Shown here: positions 10,154 through 22,707 of the stretch, one piece after another
How positions within the stretch are numbered: the first letter of the stretch is position 1
Layout: the number at the start of each line of letters is the position of its first letter
DNA from: Holosporaceae bacterium
GTDB lineage: Bacteria; Pseudomonadota; Alphaproteobacteria; UBA3830
NCBI GenBank assembly: GCA_031288395.1
Contig: JAITRM010000029.1
Span: forward strand, 31,782-95,781
Direction of reading: 5' to 3'
DNA: 64,000 bases
Notes under the pieces: generated by a model
Told to the model about the DNA's origin: nothing
The model's input: only the letters and a program-made list of their open reading frames with translations
Databases searched by the model: none
Translations under genes and position numbers: made by a program

Positions 10154-13100
10154 TTAAACGTCGGATCCGGCGTCCTTGGGCACAAGATCCTGCTGAAATT
10201 CAAAATTCAGTCCCAGGCCGCACAGCTCTTTCATGAGAACATTAAACGATTCCGGAATACCCGGAATAATATTCTCATCTCCCTTAATAATCGACTCATA
10301 GGCTTTGGTTCTTCCAGTAACATCATCGGATTTTACTGTCAGAATCTCCTGAAGAGTGTAGGCGGCCCCGTAGGCTTGCAGCGCCCAGACCTCCATTTCT
10401 CCAAACCGCTGGCCGCCAAACTGCGCTTTGCCGCCCAGAGGCTGCTGCGTGACCAAGCTGTATGGACCGATGGAGCGAGCGTGAATCTTATCGTCAACCA
10501 TATGGTGCAATTTCATCATGTATATGCATCCAACGGTAATTTTGTTGATGAACTCCTCTCCGGTCCTTCCGTCTATCAATGTAACCTGACCAGATTTATC
10601 CAAGCCGCAACTTTCAAGAGCCTTAACGATATCCTGCTCTCGAGCCCCGTCGAACACCGGAGTTGCAACCGGTATGCCCTTCACAACATTGGAAGCCAGT
10701 TCCACCACTTCGTAGTCCGACATGGAGTCTATGTCACGGGATTCTTCTGGTTTGTCATAGATATCCTTAAGTTGGCTCCTCAGATTACCAACTAATTTTT
10801 GATTGGACTGAACCTTTTCAATCACTTGGCGAACTTTCTTGCCCAAAGATTTGGACGCCCAGCCCAGATGCGTTTCCAAAATTTGCCCAACGTTCATGCG
10901 AGACGTTACGCCAAGCGGATTCAGGATGATGTCCAGCGGAGTTCCATCGGCCATATGAGGCATATCCTCCACCGGAACTATCTTGGAAACTATACCCTTA
11001 TTGCCATGCCTTCCGGCCAGTTTATCTCCCGGCTGCAGTTTGCGCTTATCCGCCACATAAACCTTGATTATTTTCAGAACGCCGGGGGCGAGATCGTCTC
11101 CTCTTCTGAGCTTCTCCACCTTTTCTTCAAAATTGCTCTGAAGCCTCGCCAAAATGGCGTTGAAATCACCGTGCAAATTTGCGATATCGGCGGCGACTTC
11201 CTTATTCGCCACCACAATCTGTCTCCACTGGCCTCGTTTCATCGAATCCATATATTCGCCGGTGATAACGGAGTCTTTACACTTTACCGGAGCTGAAGAA
11301 ACCTTTTGTCCCAACAATTTTTCGCGCAACTTACTGTAATAGGTTGCTTCAAAAATGGCTCTTTCAGCGTCCATGTCGTTTTTAAACGATTCTATTTCTT
11401 TTTGCTCTATGGCGATGGTTCTTTCGTCCTTCTCTATGCCGGATCTGGAGAAAATTTTGACGTCCACAATCGTGCCCTTAACGCCAGGAGGTAGACGCAG
11501 GGATGTATCCCTGACGTCCGCAGCCCTTTCGCCAAATATCGCCCTCAAAAGCTTCTCTTCCGGAGTCATGAGAGATTCTCCCTTCGGAGTAACCTTCCCC
11601 ACAAGAATGTCGCCTGCTTGAACTTCAGCGCCTATGTGCACTATTCCCGCTTCGTCGAGATTTTTCAGAGCGTCGTCGGAAACATTGGGAATATCGCGGG
11701 TGATCTCTTCGTTGCCCAATTTCGTATCCCGAGCCATTATGTCAAACTCTTCGATGTGGATGGACGTAAAACAATCTTCTTCCACTAGGCGCTCAGAAAT
11801 GACGATGGCGTCCTCGAAGGTGTAACCATTCCAGGACATAAATCCCACAAACACGTTCTGCCCCAGCGCCAATTCCCCTATGTCAGTCCCAGAACCGTCC
11901 GCAATGATATCGCCGGCCTTCACCATATCTCCAATCCTTACCAGCGGAGTCTGATTTAGGCATGTACTGTGATTGGACCTTTTAAATTTTCTCAGGTTGT
12001 AGATATCAACGCCGACGGTGGAATTATCGCCGGTTACTCGAACGACAATTCTATTGGCGTCCACTTGATCCACAACTCCGTCGCGCTTGGCGGGAACCGC
12101 AACGCCAGAATCGTTGGCCACCACCGCTTCCATGCCAGTTCCCACCAACGGCGCCTCTGCTTTGAGCAAAGGGACCGCTTGGCGCTGCATGTTGGCGCCC
12201 ATAAGAGCCCGGCTGGCGTCGTCATTTTCCAAAAACGGAATCAACGCCGCGGCTATGGAAATAATCTGCTTTGGGGAAACATCCATAAAATCAATGGCCT
12301 CTCTGGGCGCATTGACGAAGTCCCCGTTTCTTCTGCAGGTCACCAGCTCGTCCATCAGATAACCGTCCTCCGTCAGAGCTGCATTGGCCTGGGCGATGGT
12401 ATGTTTCCCCTCTTCCATTGCGGAAAGATACACCACTTCGTCCTCAACCTTTCCTTTAACGACCCTCCGGTAGGGAGTTTCGATGAATCCGTACCTGTTA
12501 ATTCTTGCGAAAATAGAAAGGGAGTTTATCAGGCCTATGTTCTGTCCCTCAGGAGTTTCGATGGGACATATGCGGCCATAGTGCGTGGTATGAACATCTC
12601 GCACGTCAAGTCCCGCCCTGTCCCTTGTAAGACCGCCGGGCCCAAGGGCAGAAATGCGTCTCTTGTGGGTAATTTCCGCCAATGGATTGGTTTGATCCAT
12701 AAATTGCGACAGCTGAGACAGGAGGAAAAACTCCCGAATCGCCGACGATACCGGTTTCGCGTTGATTACATCATTGGGAACTGCATTTTCTATATCCACG
12801 GATCCCATTCGTTCCCTAACCGCTCGCTCCATCCGGACAAGTCCTATGCGGAACTGATTTTCCATCAGCTCGCCAACGGATCTAACCCTTCTGTTGCCCA
12901 AATTATCGATGTCGTCGATCGTTCCGATGCCATCCTTCAGCTGATGCAGAATCTTTAAAATACGCAAAATGTCGTCTTTGGTGAGAATGCCGAGATTCTC
13001 CGGCCTATCCACCCCTATTCTACCATTCATCTTCACTCGGCCAACGGCGGAGAGATCATATCTATCCGGATTAAAGAACATGTTATAGAACATGTCCTGA

Positions 13101-14332
13101 GCGCTATCGATGGTTGGCGGCTCTCCGGGACGCATGATCCTGAAAAGCTCGTACAATGCCTCCTCTCGATTCGTGCATTTATCAGCAACCAGCGTATTTC
13201 TAATGTATCCGCCGATCTCCGTGTGGTTTATGCATAGAACCGAAAATTTTGTGTCCTTTTCAACTATTTTGGCGATGAGATTTTCGGTCAATTCGTCGCC
13301 CGCTTCCGCGACGACAATGCCGTTATCCGGATCAATAACGTCAAAAGCGTTGTATTTGCCGACCAAATCTTCCACAAACACCACCATACTCTCCAGGCCG
13401 TCGTCCTTTAGCTTCTTCGCGGTTCGGGAGGTTATTTTCTCCCCCGCTCCCAGAACGACTTTGCCGCTTTTGGCGTCAATTAAATCTCTTTCTAATTTCA
13501 CGCCCTTCCATTGGTCTGGCTCGTATTTTCTGGAAAGTAGCCCCTTCTTGTTATGGCTAATTTCATAGCTATCATAGAAATGAGAAAGAATCTCCTCCCG
13601 GTCCATGCCGTAAACTTCCGGCGATTTGAATACTTTTCCAGGATTTTCCACCCTTTCTGCTTCCGTGTAAGCGGAATCCAGCGCCATCAGCAACGTCGAA
13701 GCTAGAATTTTCCTTTTTCTATCGATGCGGACGTAGATCAAATCCTTCGCGTCAAATTCAAAATCCAGCCAAGCGCCTTTGTAGGGAATGATGTGCGCCG
13801 CAAACAAATACTTCCCCGCGCTGTTGGTTTTTCCATTGTCATGATCAAAAAACACGCCGGGAGAACGTTGCATCTGAGACACTATGACCCTTTCGATGCC
13901 ATTGACTATGAAGGTCCCATCCCGAGTCATTACAGGCAGATCACAGATGTAAACGTCCTGTTCCTTTATGTCCTTTATGGTCTTCTCGCCATTTTCTTCC
14001 TGCTCCCAAACAATGAGGCGAAACGTCGCTCGCAGAGGAGCCGCATACGTTAAGCCCCGATTGCGGCATTCGTCTTCAGAGTATTTGAGCTCGTCGAAAT
14101 GATAATCGCAGAAATCGACCTGCTGCCGTCCAGCAGCGTCCTTTATGGGAAAAGCTGAACGAAAAGCCTCGCGGAGACCGATGTCGTCCCTTAGGTTTTC
14201 CATTGAATCAGAATGCAAAAATCCATCATAGGAGGCTCTTTGCAGTTCGATGAGGTTAGGGAGCGTGGCGACTTCCCGAATTCTTCCAAAACTTTTCCTA
14301 AATCTCTTGCGCTCGGTGAACGTCCTAGCCAT
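10154..14332 (-). CDS. rpoB: DNA-directed RNA polymerase subunit beta
   Basis: About 1392 aa. The N-terminus [16 protein letters not shown] is the conserved RpoB start, so I use the third codon of the track ORF. Other motifs are [22 protein letters not shown] and [10 protein letters not shown]. It lies 20 bp upstream of rpoC. Confidence 0.98.
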   Translation of the reverse strand: MARTFTERKRFRKSFGRIREVATLPNLIELQRASYDGFLHSDSMENLRDDIGLREAFRSAFPIKDAAGRQQVDFCDYHFDELKYSEDECRNRGLTYAAPLRATFRLIVWEQEENGEKTIKDIKEQDVYICDLPVMTRDGTFIVNGIERVIVSQMQRSPGVFFDHDNGKTNSAGKYLFAAHIIPYKGAWLDFEFDAKDLIYVRIDRKRKILASTLLMALDSAYTEAERVENPGKVFKSPEVYGMDREEILSHFYDSYEISHNKKGLLSRKYEPDQWKGVKLERDLIDAKSGKVVLGAGEKITSRTAKKLKDDGLESMVVFVEDLVGKYNAFDVIDPDNGIVVAEAGDELTENLIAKIVEKDTKFSVLCINHTEIGGYIRNTLVADKCTNREEALYELFRIMRPGEPPTIDSAQDMFYNMFFNPDRYDLSAVGRVKMNGRIGVDRPENLGILTKDDILRILKILHQLKDGIGTIDDIDNLGNRRVRSVGELMENQFRIGLVRMERAVRERMGSVDIENAVPNDVINAKPVSSAIREFFLLSQLSQFMDQTNPLAEITHKRRISALGPGGLTRDRAGLDVRDVHTTHYGRICPIETPEGQNIGLINSLSIFARINRYGFIETPYRRVVKGKVEDEVVYLSAMEEGKHTIAQANAALTEDGYLMDELVTCRRNGDFVNAPREAIDFMDVSPKQIISIAAALIPFLENDDASRALMGANMQRQAVPLLKAEAPLVGTGMEAVVANDSGVAVPAKRDGVVDQVDANRIVVRVTGDNSTVGVDIYNLRKFKRSNHSTCLNQTPLVRIGDMVKAGDIIADGSGTDIGELALGQNVFVGFMSWNGYTFEDAIVISERLVEEDCFTSIHIEEFDIMARDTKLGNEEITRDIPNVSDDALKNLDEAGIVHIGAEVQAGDILVGKVTPKGESLMTPEEKLLRAIFGERAADVRDTSLRLPPGVKGTIVDVKIFSRSGIEKDERTIAIEQKEIESFKNDMDAERAIFEATYYSKLREKLLGQKVSSAPVKCKDSVITGEYMDSMKRGQWRQIVVANKEVAADIANLHGDFNAILARLQSNFEEKVEKLRRGDDLAPGVLKIIKVYVADKRKLQPGDKLAGRHGNKGIVSKIVPVEDMPHMADGTPLDIILNPLGVTSRMNVGQILETHLGWASKSLGKKVRQVIEKVQSNQKLVGNLRSQLKDIYDKPEESRDIDSMSDYEVVELASNVVKGIPVATPVFDGAREQDIVKALESCGLDKSGQVTLIDGRTGEEFINKITVGCIYMMKLHHMVDDKIHARSIGPYSLVTQQPLGGKAQFGGQRFGEMEVWALQAYGAAYTLQEILTVKSDDVTGRTKAYESIIKGDENIIPGIPESFNVLMKELCGLGLNFEFQQDLVPKDAGSDV

Positions 14333-14470
14333 GCACAAAACCCCTGTAAGTTAGCTGAAATCGATCAAAAATCAATGTCCATAGGAAAAAAGACAAAACA
14401 TGCGAGCCAGCCTACAGCAAAAAGCGACAGAAGGCAACAACGGCAAGCCAAAAATATAGAGACTCAAAAA

Positions 14471-15820
14471 TCAAGCATGCGAGGCAGGATCAAGCATTCT
14501 CTCCAGAAAATGAATATCGTAGTCGCCGGCAATTACATCTGAATTTTCCACCAATTTCAGATGGAGAGGAATCAGAGTGTCGATTCCTTCGATGACATAT
14601 TCCCGGAGAGCCCTTCGCATGCGCGCCAAGCATTGTTCTCGGTCGTTAGCGTGGACGATTAGTTTCGCGATTAAGCTATCGTAGTAGGGAGGGACTCGGC
14701 AGCCGTCATAGAGCGCGCTGTCCACTCTTATGCCCGGGCCGCCGGGACAGTGATAATTTTTTATAACGCCGGAAGACGGCAGAAATGTCTCTGAATTTTC
14801 GGCGTTAATTCTGCATTCAATGGCGTGTCCCCGGAACTTTACGTCATACTGAGACAGAGAGAGCTCGTTGCCGGCTGCCGCCAGAATTTGCTCCCGCACA
14901 ATGTCCACTCCGGTAATCATCTCGCTGATCGGATGCTCCACCTGTATGCGCGTATTCATCTCTATGAAATACAATTCGCCACCTTCGTAGAGAAACTCCA
15001 GAGTGCCAACGCCGAGATACTGGAGCTCTCCGATTGCCTGAGCGACTTTGTAGCCAAAATCTTCCCTAAATTCTGACGACAACACGGAACTTGGAGTTTC
15101 TTCCCAAATTTTTTGATTTCTTCTCTGCAGCGAACAATCGCGCTCCCCCAGATGAATGACGTTGCCAAATTTGTCGGCGATAATCTGAAATTCTATATGT
15201 CTGGGATTGGCCAGATATTTTTCCAGATACACGTTGTCGTTTCCAAAGGCGATGCCGGCTTCTCTTTTCACGGATTCGTAGGCTTCCGAAAAGGCGTCCT
15301 TCGTCATGGCCATTTTCATGCCGCGACCGCCTCCGCCGGCGGCGGCTTTTATCAGTAACGGGTATCCGATTTCGTCCGCCAACTTCGTTGCCTTATCCAG
15401 CGTGCTTAAAGACCCGTCAGAACCCGGAATTGTCCGCAATCCAAGGCGCGCGGCCGTTTTTTTGGCCATGATTTTGTCGCCCATCATGGCTATGTGCTCA
15501 GGCTTTGGGCCAATGAAGGTTAATCCATGCTCTTCCACCATGTAGGCAAAGGTAGAGTTTTCGCTTAGGAATCCGAAGCCCGGATGAACGGCGTCTGCCC
15601 CGCTGATGCAGGCGGCGGAGATGACGGCTGGAATATTCAGATAGCTTTCCCGCGGCTGCGGCGGCCCCACGCACACGCTCTCATCTGCAAGACGGACGTG
15701 CATGGCGTCTGCGTCCGCGGTGGAATGAACCGCCACCGTCTGTATGCCCAAATCTTTGCAGGCTCTCAGAATTCTGACGGCTATTTCCCCTCGATTGGCT
15801 ATCAATATCTTTTTTATCAT
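14471..15820 (-). CDS. accC: Acetyl-CoA carboxylase, biotin carboxylase subunit
   Basis: 449 aa starting MIKKILIANRGEIAVRILRAC. It has an ATP-grasp region (GYPLLIKAAAGGGGRGM) and the EMNTRIQVEHP motif. Confidence 0.97.
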   Translation of the reverse strand: MIKKILIANRGEIAVRILRACKDLGIQTVAVHSTADADAMHVRLADESVCVGPPQPRESYLNIPAVISAACISGADAVHPGFGFLSENSTFAYMVEEHGLTFIGPKPEHIAMMGDKIMAKKTAARLGLRTIPGSDGSLSTLDKATKLADEIGYPLLIKAAAGGGGRGMKMAMTKDAFSEAYESVKREAGIAFGNDNVYLEKYLANPRHIEFQIIADKFGNVIHLGERDCSLQRRNQKIWEETPSSVLSSEFREDFGYKVAQAIGELQYLGVGTLEFLYEGGELYFIEMNTRIQVEHPISEMITGVDIVREQILAAAGNELSLSQYDVKFRGHAIECRINAENSETFLPSSGVIKNYHCPGGPGIRVDSALYDGCRVPPYYDSLIAKLIVHANDREQCLARMRRALREYVIEGIDTLIPLHLKLVENSDVIAGDYDIHFLERMLDPASHA

Positions 15821-15829
15821 GGGAATATT

Positions 15830-16303
15830 TTAATCGATGATGACAACCGGATCGCCGTATTCAACCGGATGAGAGTCTTTCACAAAAATGTGCTTTATGA
15901 CTCCAGAACGGGGAGCTTTGATCATATTCATAACCTTCATCGCTTCGATTATGAACAGAGTTTGTCCTTGCGAAACAGTATCTCCGACGGAAATAAACGG
16001 CTCAGTTCCCGGCCCCGGAGACAAATACACGGTTCCAACCATTTGGGCCTCGATTACTCCCGGATGATTCTCCAGGCTCTCCGCCTGTTCCACGGGTTGC
16101 GCCTGATTCGCGCTGCTATTTTGATTCGCCGGCGATGATTGTGGCGCAGAAGCATCTGCCGGCACGATGGACGTGGCCGGAGTCCTCAAAACTTTTATCC
16201 TCAACGAATCGATCTGGTATTCTATCTCCGTCAGATTTGTTTCGTTTAGGAGATCAGCAAGAACTCTGATTGCTTCGGTATCTATTTTTACTTGTGCAGC
16301 CAA
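15830..16303 (-). CDS. accB: Acetyl-CoA carboxylase, biotin carboxyl carrier protein
   Basis: 157 aa with a TTG start and GGAGGA 8 nt upstream. It has a Pro/Ala/Gln linker and the biotinylation motif IIEAMKVMN. It sits directly upstream of accC. Confidence 0.93.
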   Translation of the reverse strand: MAAQVKIDTEAIRVLADLLNETNLTEIEYQIDSLRIKVLRTPATSIVPADASAPQSSPANQNSSANQAQPVEQAESLENHPGVIEAQMVGTVYLSPGPGTEPFISVGDTVSQGQTLFIIEAMKVMNMIKAPRSGVIKHIFVKDSHPVEYGDPVVIID

Positions 16304-16341
16304 ACTAGATTTCCTCCAGTCCCGGTAATGTCAACGGCAAA

Positions 16342-16416
16342 TGGTGGGCGCAGCAGGGATCGAACCTACGGCCACTACGATGTCAACGTAGTGCTCTACC
16401 GCTGAGCTATGCGCCC
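16342..16416 (-). tRNA. tRNA-Val (anticodon GAC)
   Basis: The reverse complement folds as GGGCGCA-TA-GCTC-AGCGGTA-GAGC-A-CTACG-TTGACAT-CGTAG-TGGCC-GTAGG-TTCGATC-CCTGC-TGCGCCC-A-CCA. The anticodon is GAC. Confidence 0.9.
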
Positions 16417-16537
16417 ACTGGAGAAACACGCGCGCCAGTACGATATTCCCCCACAGCCACGTGTACTCCCAAAGCGTCCGGGGCCGAGTCTACATACTTT
16501 TGCTGTCGTTTGCAAGAAAATGGCGGAACCGGCAAAG

Positions 16538-18520
16538 CTACGGCAAATCTTTCCTCGCCATGTCCAAAACCTCCATCGCTGTCAGTCGAGGCGTTGTCTT
16601 CAATGTTCGCATGATTTTTTCGAAGGATTCCTTCTGCTTTTTGGATTCGGCAGAGGACAGCAACTTTTTGGCGCAGGCAAAAATGGTTTCCCCACTGCAT
16701 GCCTTCTGCAAAAGCTCAGGAACGACTTTTTTTCCGGCGAGAATATTGATCAGGCAAACCCACGGCGTTTTTATCAGAAATTTTACCAGGGCGTAGGTAA
16801 CGGCGGAAGTTTTATAGACCACGATGGCCGGAAGACCTACTCTGGCCAGTTCCAAAGTCACGGTACCGGACGCAGCGACGGCTAGGTCCGACGAATAATA
16901 GGCTAGGTTTTTCACATATTTTTTTTTTATTATCAGAGGCTTTTGATCCCAGTTGCTCGTTAACGCTTCAATATGCGGCGCCATATCTTTAATTGTGGGA
17001 ATAATGAATTTCACGTTTGTATACTTGCACCTCATTAGCCGCGAAAATTCCCCCATTACCGGAAGGAGCTTCTTTATTTCAGAGATTCTGCTGCCGGGTA
17101 ATAGGGTTATGATTTTGAAGGCGCTACGTTGGCTGCTCCCGCAGACCAATTTTACAAATTTTCGCAGATCAGATGGAGGAGGTTTTTCAAAATTTGGATC
17201 GGTCGCTACCGGGTGTCCCACAAAAACCGCTTTCAGCTTATGGTTGGCGAACAGCTTTTCTTCAAATGGAAACAGAACCAACAGCTTGTCTATAAATTTA
17301 TGCATTGATTTTGCGCGCCAAGGCCTCCAGGCCCAAACGGGTGGAGAAACATAGTGAATTATCGGAATTTTTCCGTCAATTTTCTTGATTTTTTTGTCAA
17401 CGCGATGGGTAAAGCCGGAGGAATCAATGGTGACCACCGCATGGGGCTTATATTCACAGATTGCAGTCACGGTTTTATCAATAAGCCTCTTGACGTGGAA
17501 AATTTTGCCCAAAACCTCAAAAATTCCAATAATCGATAGCTCTTTGATGGAAAACAGTTTTTTTAAGCCTGCCTTTTCCATGCATTCGCCGCCTACGCCA
17601 AAAAATTCCACGTCTCCGGATGATATTTCATGAATATCTTCCATTAGCTTTCCGCCCAAATAATCTCCGGACGCTTCTCCAGCAATAATGAAAATTTTTG
17701 TTTTCGTTTTCCCAGAACCAACGCCCACAACAAATATCCCGAGCTCGTTGGCGCGATCGACGACCGCCCTTTTATCCAAAATTATGCATTTGTTGGCTTC
17801 GACCGCCAGCCCGTCAAAGCCGTGCCTATGCAGTTTGTCGATGGTATCGACTCCTATGGCTGGGAGATCAAGTCTATCATCCTGCTGAGGTTTGGATACT
17901 TTGGCAAGAATTCCGCCAGCGGAAGATTTTCGCAATTTTGCGCACCTTTCGATTAGTGCATCTGTGCCATCCGCGTCTTCCGTTCCTAAAATTTTCCCGC
18001 GAAAAACCACCGCTGATTGCCCAAGATCCTGTGCTCCGAGCCTTTTGGCGGACTCGAAGCCAATTTGGATATCTTTCATGTCGGAATCCGAAGGCTTGCG
18101 CCGCGAAAAAATTCCATCACCCAAGAAAACATCGTCCAATAAATCAGTTCCGGCCATTAGCTCGAATCCCTCCTCCTGGAGCAGATGCGAAACGCCTCGC
18201 AGCAGCGCGTCATCGCCGCCAAAAATCGCCTTTCCGAGCTTCAAAAGCCATTTGCTTCCTTTTTGATCAAGGGATAACTTGCTGAAATCAGGGCGTTTTA
18301 CACGCCCCGCAAAAACGACCTTTGTCACGTTGTTTTCGTGGAAAAAATTAACTGCCCTACCGATTTCTCCAAGATTTACGGACAACTTTTTGGCCGGCGG
18401 CCATCCCTGCGGATCACAAAATTCTCCGAGAAATATCAAACAGAAGTTCAGATTTTTTTCGCAGCAGGCTTGCGCTACCAAGCGCGGATACTCGCCGCCT
18501 CCGCACACGATCCCTATCAT
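16538..18520 (-). CDS. lpxB: Fused UDP-2,3-diacylglucosamine pyrophosphatase LpxI / lipid-A-disaccharide synthase LpxB
   Basis: 660 aa. Residues about 1-270 are LpxI/DUF1009-like ([55 protein letters not shown]). Residues about 275-660 are a complete LpxB ([32 protein letters not shown]). There is no stop at the junction [17 protein letters not shown] (about 17690-17740). Confidence 0.85.
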   Translation of the reverse strand: MIGIVCGGGEYPRLVAQACCEKNLNFCLIFLGEFCDPQGWPPAKKLSVNLGEIGRAVNFFHENNVTKVVFAGRVKRPDFSKLSLDQKGSKWLLKLGKAIFGGDDALLRGVSHLLQEEGFELMAGTDLLDDVFLGDGIFSRRKPSDSDMKDIQIGFESAKRLGAQDLGQSAVVFRGKILGTEDADGTDALIERCAKLRKSSAGGILAKVSKPQQDDRLDLPAIGVDTIDKLHRHGFDGLAVEANKCIILDKRAVVDRANELGIFVVGVGSGKTKTKIFIIAGEASGDYLGGKLMEDIHEISSGDVEFFGVGGECMEKAGLKKLFSIKELSIIGIFEVLGKIFHVKRLIDKTVTAICEYKPHAVVTIDSSGFTHRVDKKIKKIDGKIPIIHYVSPPVWAWRPWRAKSMHKFIDKLLVLFPFEEKLFANHKLKAVFVGHPVATDPNFEKPPPSDLRKFVKLVCGSSQRSAFKIITLLPGSRISEIKKLLPVMGEFSRLMRCKYTNVKFIIPTIKDMAPHIEALTSNWDQKPLIIKKKYVKNLAYYSSDLAVAASGTVTLELARVGLPAIVVYKTSAVTYALVKFLIKTPWVCLINILAGKKVVPELLQKACSGETIFACAKKLLSSAESKKQKESFEKIMRTLKTTPRLTAMEVLDMARKDLP

Positions 18521-20316
18521 TTATCACTATTCATCTTCAGGGCAGCCAAAAATGTACCATGGGGAATCTTGACGTTCCCTATTTCGCGCATTTTTTTCTT
18601 CCCTTTTTTCTGCTTTTCCAGCAGTTTGTTCTTTCTGGTTACGTCTCCGCCGTAGCATTTGGCTATGACGTCTTTCCTAAATGGCGAGATGGTTTCGCGG
18701 GCCACTACCTTGCCGCCGATGGCAGCCTGAATCGGAATTTTGAACATATGTCGCGGGATGAGATCTTTGAGGCGTTCGCACAGAATGCGGCCGCGATATT
18801 CGGCGTTTCCGCGATGAATTATCATGGACAGAGCGTCCACCTGTTCGCCATTCACCAAAATGGTCATTTTCACCAAATCGCCGTTCCGATAGCCCGCAAG
18901 GCTGTAGTCGAAGCTGGCATAACCGCAGCTGATGGATTTTAGGCGATCGTAAAAATCATAAACCACTTCATTCAGCGGCAGTTGATACTCCAAAAGTACG
19001 CGGAATCCGACATAGGTCAGCTCGTTCTGTATGCCGCGTTTCTCTTCGCACAGTTCCAGAATATTTCCCAGATATTCATCAGGAGTTATGATTTTAGCGG
19101 TAATCCAAGGCTCTTCCATGGAGGAAACGAGGCCGGGATCCGGCATGTCGGATGGATTATGAACTTCCCTAACTTCTCCATTGGTCAGCGTAACCTTATA
19201 AACCACGCCGGGAGCTGTGGTCACGAGATCCAGATTATACTCGCGCTCCAGCCTTTCCTCTATCACTTCCAGATGCAGCAATCCCAGGAAACCGCAGCGA
19301 AACCCCACGCCCAAAGCCTGCGACGTCTCTGGCTCAAAGGAAAAGCTCGCATCATTCAATTGCAATTTTATAAGGCTATCCTTGAGCTTGGCGTAGTCCA
19401 CGGTATCAACCGGAAACATGCTGCAAAAAACTACCGGAATGCACGGTTTAAACCCCGGCAGCATCTCGGACGCTTGTCGGTTCTCTTCGGTTATCGTATC
19501 TCCCACGCGCGCATCTCCCACGCTCTTGATTCCGGCTATCAGGTAACCGATTTCTCCCGTTTTCAGCTCCTGAGTTTCAGCTGGTTTGGGCGAAAAGATG
19601 CCGACCTTTTCCACCGAATAGGTCATTTTCGCCGCCATTAGTCGAACCTTCATGCCGGCTTTGACGGATCCATCCTTTACCCTTACCAAAGCCACCACAC
19701 CCATATACGGATCATACCAGCTATCGACCAGAAGAGCCTTTAGGGGTGCGTTTTCGTTGCCAACTGGAGACGGAAGCTTCGCCACTAGCGCCTCCAGCAC
19801 CTCATCAACGCCTGTTCCCAGCTTGGCGGACACGCGAATGGCGTCTCGGCAGTCGAGGCCGATGACATCTTCTATCTGTTTGCCAACTTTCTCAACATCC
19901 GCCGCCGGAAGATCAGTCTTGTTGAGCGCAACGATGATCTCATGATCGTGCTCTAGGGCCTGATAAACATTTGCGAGAGTTTGTGCTTCCACGCCCTGCG
20001 TAGCGTCCACCACCAGTATCGATCCTTCGCAGGCGGCCAGCGAGCGACTTACCTCATAGGCAAAATCCACGTGGCCGGGAGTATCCATTAGATTCATCTG
20101 GTAGATATTTCCGTCCTTGGCTTTGTAATTCAGGCGAACGGTTTGAGCTTTTATGGTGATGCCGCGTTCTCTTTCTATGTCCATGGAATCCAGCATTTGG
20201 TCCCTGAACTCCCGCGCGTCCACCGCTCCGCAGAATTGAATCAGGCGATCGGCAAGGGTTGATTTTCCATGATCGATGTGCGCGATTATGGCAAAATTCC
20301 TGATGAAAGATTTCAT
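18517..20316 (-). CDS. lepA: Translation elongation factor 4 (LepA)
   Basis: 599 aa with GTPase motifs [14 protein letters not shown] and NKTDL. The C-terminus [14 protein letters not shown] is typical of LepA. It has 4-nt overlaps with both pheT (upstream) and lpxI-lpxB (downstream). Confidence 0.97.
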   Translation of the reverse strand: MKSFIRNFAIIAHIDHGKSTLADRLIQFCGAVDAREFRDQMLDSMDIERERGITIKAQTVRLNYKAKDGNIYQMNLMDTPGHVDFAYEVSRSLAACEGSILVVDATQGVEAQTLANVYQALEHDHEIIVALNKTDLPAADVEKVGKQIEDVIGLDCRDAIRVSAKLGTGVDEVLEALVAKLPSPVGNENAPLKALLVDSWYDPYMGVVALVRVKDGSVKAGMKVRLMAAKMTYSVEKVGIFSPKPAETQELKTGEIGYLIAGIKSVGDARVGDTITEENRQASEMLPGFKPCIPVVFCSMFPVDTVDYAKLKDSLIKLQLNDASFSFEPETSQALGVGFRCGFLGLLHLEVIEERLEREYNLDLVTTAPGVVYKVTLTNGEVREVHNPSDMPDPGLVSSMEEPWITAKIITPDEYLGNILELCEEKRGIQNELTYVGFRVLLEYQLPLNEVVYDFYDRLKSISCGYASFDYSLAGYRNGDLVKMTILVNGEQVDALSMIIHRGNAEYRGRILCERLKDLIPRHMFKIPIQAAIGGKVVARETISPFRKDVIAKCYGGDVTRKNKLLEKQKKGKKKMREIGNVKIPHGTFLAALKMNSDK

Positions 20317-22688
20317 TTTGCGCGCAGCTCTCCGCCGACTGTCTTGATATATTTCAGGATTTTTTCGGAGACTCCTTTCGCGTCGTCTTCCGTCAGAGTT
20401 CTGTCGACTGCTTCAAGTGTTACGGAAACTCCTATGGAATTCTGCGCGTCGTCCAATTTAAAATAATCGAAGATATCGACCTCGCAAATTAGCGGGTCAA
20501 GTTTGTAGAGGGCATTTACGATATTTCCGACAGCAACTTTTGACTTAAAAACGAAGGCGAAATCCCGCACAATTTTCGGGAACACTTTTGGCGCATACGG
20601 TGTCTTTTCACCTTTGTGATCCAGCAGCGCAGCCGCCTGCAACTCGAAACAGACCAAACTTTCAGAAATTCCGAACAGCTTGTTGATTTTCGGATGCAGC
20701 TCTCCAAAATGGCCGAGTTTTTTCTTCCTTAGCAAAATTGAACCGCTTCTGGACGGATGATAATAGGGCGGGGCGACAGGCTCTATGGCGATGTTTTTCA
20801 GCTTCACTCCAAAAAAATCCAGCAAAGCGAAAATATCAGCCTTTATGTCGAAGGTATCAACTGACCTGCTATTCTGCAGCCAGTTTCTATCATGGGCGCT
20901 TCCGGCGCGCAGCCCTGCGATGCGTCGTTCCTGCGCGCACGAATCGTAAAAAACATTACCAATTTCGAATATTTTTACGCCGGCTTGACCATAATTCAAC
21001 GAACGCTTTGCCGCCAGCAGCAGATTTGGAAGCAACGACGGCCTCATTACATTCAAATCAGCGCTGATGGGATTAATCAAATAAATGGGCTTACCATCTT
21101 CCAGAAAAACTTCCGCGTAACTCTCTTTTGTAAACGAGTAGGTGATTGCCTCGGAAAGACCACAGGAAGCGAGCAGCCGCGAAGCCTCAGTCAGACGCTT
21201 CCTTTCATGCAGAATTTTATCATGTCCGACGAAAACGTCTTCCATTCTTTTTACCGGTACGCTGTCGTAGCCGGTTATGCGCAAAATTTCCTCCACCAAA
21301 TCTTCTTCAATGTTGATGTCGGATCTCCAGCGAGGAACCGCATAGGTCGCCTCTGCTACGCTGGATTTGATTTCTCGCAGTCCAAGTTTTTTTAGGGCAG
21401 CTTTAGCCGACGCCCAATCCACATCGTAGCCGCAAATACTCAGAAGCTTTTCTTTCCTGAGGGTTACGGCCTGCTTTTGTTGAGGCTCGCGACCGGCGAC
21501 GAATATTTTGCTGGCTTCCCCCCCACAATTATCCAAAATTAGCCGGGTAATCCCCTCTATCCCGGGGACGCACGAAGCTTCATCAATGCCACGCTCAAAC
21601 ATTGCCCTGGAATCGCTGGTGAGATTTAGGAGAGTTCCGGTTCTGGAGATAAAAATCGGATCGAAGACAGCCGACTCTATGAGAATATCCGTAGTATTCT
21701 CGTCGCAGGCGACCTTTGCTCCTCCCATTATGCCAAGCACACACAGCGTAGATTCCGCATCGGCCGCTATCAGCATGTCCTGATGCAGATGATGCTCTAC
21801 GTTCTTGAGATCCACGAATTTTTCTCTGTGCTTGGCGAATCTAACGGACAAATGGCCCTTGATTTTTTTCAGATCGTAGATGTGTAGTGGCCTACCGGAG
21901 TCCATCATCCACCAATTTGCCATATCCACCACTGCGGAAACGCTATTCGCTCCGGCAGACTGGAGAAAAGATTTGATCCACTGGGGACTGCGGCCATTTT
22001 TCAGGTTTCGTATCACCCGGAATGCGATGATTGGGGCATACTGTGAGCAGGAACCGCTTCTTTCATACTCAACTTCCAGTGGGAATTTAAATGAGTCTTT
22101 AAAAGGCTTCGCATCGGAACTGATAAAATCTCCGGCTCCGGCCGCCGCCAAATCTCTGGCTATTCCTCTTACCGAAAGGCAATCTCCCCTATTCGGGGTA
22201 ACGGAAACGTCTATTATTCCTCCGCCGTAGCCCAGAACTTCGCCCACCGAAGTTGCAAGATCGACCTCATTGTCCAATTCGATGATCGCTCCCTTGTCGG
22301 ACGATATGGCAAGCTCGGCGGGAGAGCACATCATGCCCTCGCTTTCAATTCCCCTGATCTTACTTTTCTTCAAAACTTCATGAGAGGATGGAATTACGGC
22401 ACCCGGCATGGCCAAAATCGTCTTGAGTCCCACTCTCACGTTTTTCGCTCCGCACACGATGCGCGCTTTCTGTCCGCGGGCGTCTTTTATGCCGCAAACA
22501 TTCAACCTGTCCGCATCCGGATGTTTTTCCACCGTTTCCACTTGCACCAATTTAAAATTTTTGAAAATTTCTTCCGGATCCAGAATGCTTTCCACCTCTA
22601 AACCGATGGAAGTAAGGCGATCTGCGATTTGGTGAATGCCCAAATCCGTAGCCAAATGCCGTTTTAACCAATTGAACGAGAAACGCAT
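20313..22688 (-). CDS. pheT: Phenylalanine--tRNA ligase beta subunit
   Basis: 791 aa. The N-terminus [12 protein letters not shown] is the conserved PheT start. It also has tRNA-binding, B3/4, B5 and FDX-ACB-like regions, and follows pheS. Confidence 0.96.
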   Translation of the reverse strand: MRFSFNWLKRHLATDLGIHQIADRLTSIGLEVESILDPEEIFKNFKLVQVETVEKHPDADRLNVCGIKDARGQKARIVCGAKNVRVGLKTILAMPGAVIPSSHEVLKKSKIRGIESEGMMCSPAELAISSDKGAIIELDNEVDLATSVGEVLGYGGGIIDVSVTPNRGDCLSVRGIARDLAAAGAGDFISSDAKPFKDSFKFPLEVEYERSGSCSQYAPIIAFRVIRNLKNGRSPQWIKSFLQSAGANSVSAVVDMANWWMMDSGRPLHIYDLKKIKGHLSVRFAKHREKFVDLKNVEHHLHQDMLIAADAESTLCVLGIMGGAKVACDENTTDILIESAVFDPIFISRTGTLLNLTSDSRAMFERGIDEASCVPGIEGITRLILDNCGGEASKIFVAGREPQQKQAVTLRKEKLLSICGYDVDWASAKAALKKLGLREIKSSVAEATYAVPRWRSDINIEEDLVEEILRITGYDSVPVKRMEDVFVGHDKILHERKRLTEASRLLASCGLSEAITYSFTKESYAEVFLEDGKPIYLINPISADLNVMRPSLLPNLLLAAKRSLNYGQAGVKIFEIGNVFYDSCAQERRIAGLRAGSAHDRNWLQNSRSVDTFDIKADIFALLDFFGVKLKNIAIEPVAPPYYHPSRSGSILLRKKKLGHFGELHPKINKLFGISESLVCFELQAAALLDHKGEKTPYAPKVFPKIVRDFAFVFKSKVAVGNIVNALYKLDPLICEVDIFDYFKLDDAQNSIGVSVTLEAVDRTLTEDDAKGVSEKILKYIKTVGGELRAK

Positions 22689-22707
22689 CTAATTCTCCAA
22701 TAGTTTG

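Noticed and set aside
11969-12958. 329-aa plus-strand ORF. Similar long antisense ORFs occur at 47530-48381(-), 18982-19641(+), 4600-5256(+), 7489-7995(+), 17698-18285(+) and 38190-38777(+).
   Set aside because: All lie entirely inside, and antisense to, strongly supported conserved genes (rpoB, ileS, lepA, patatin, rpoC, lpxI-lpxB, pgk). They have the biased composition typical of shadow ORFs.
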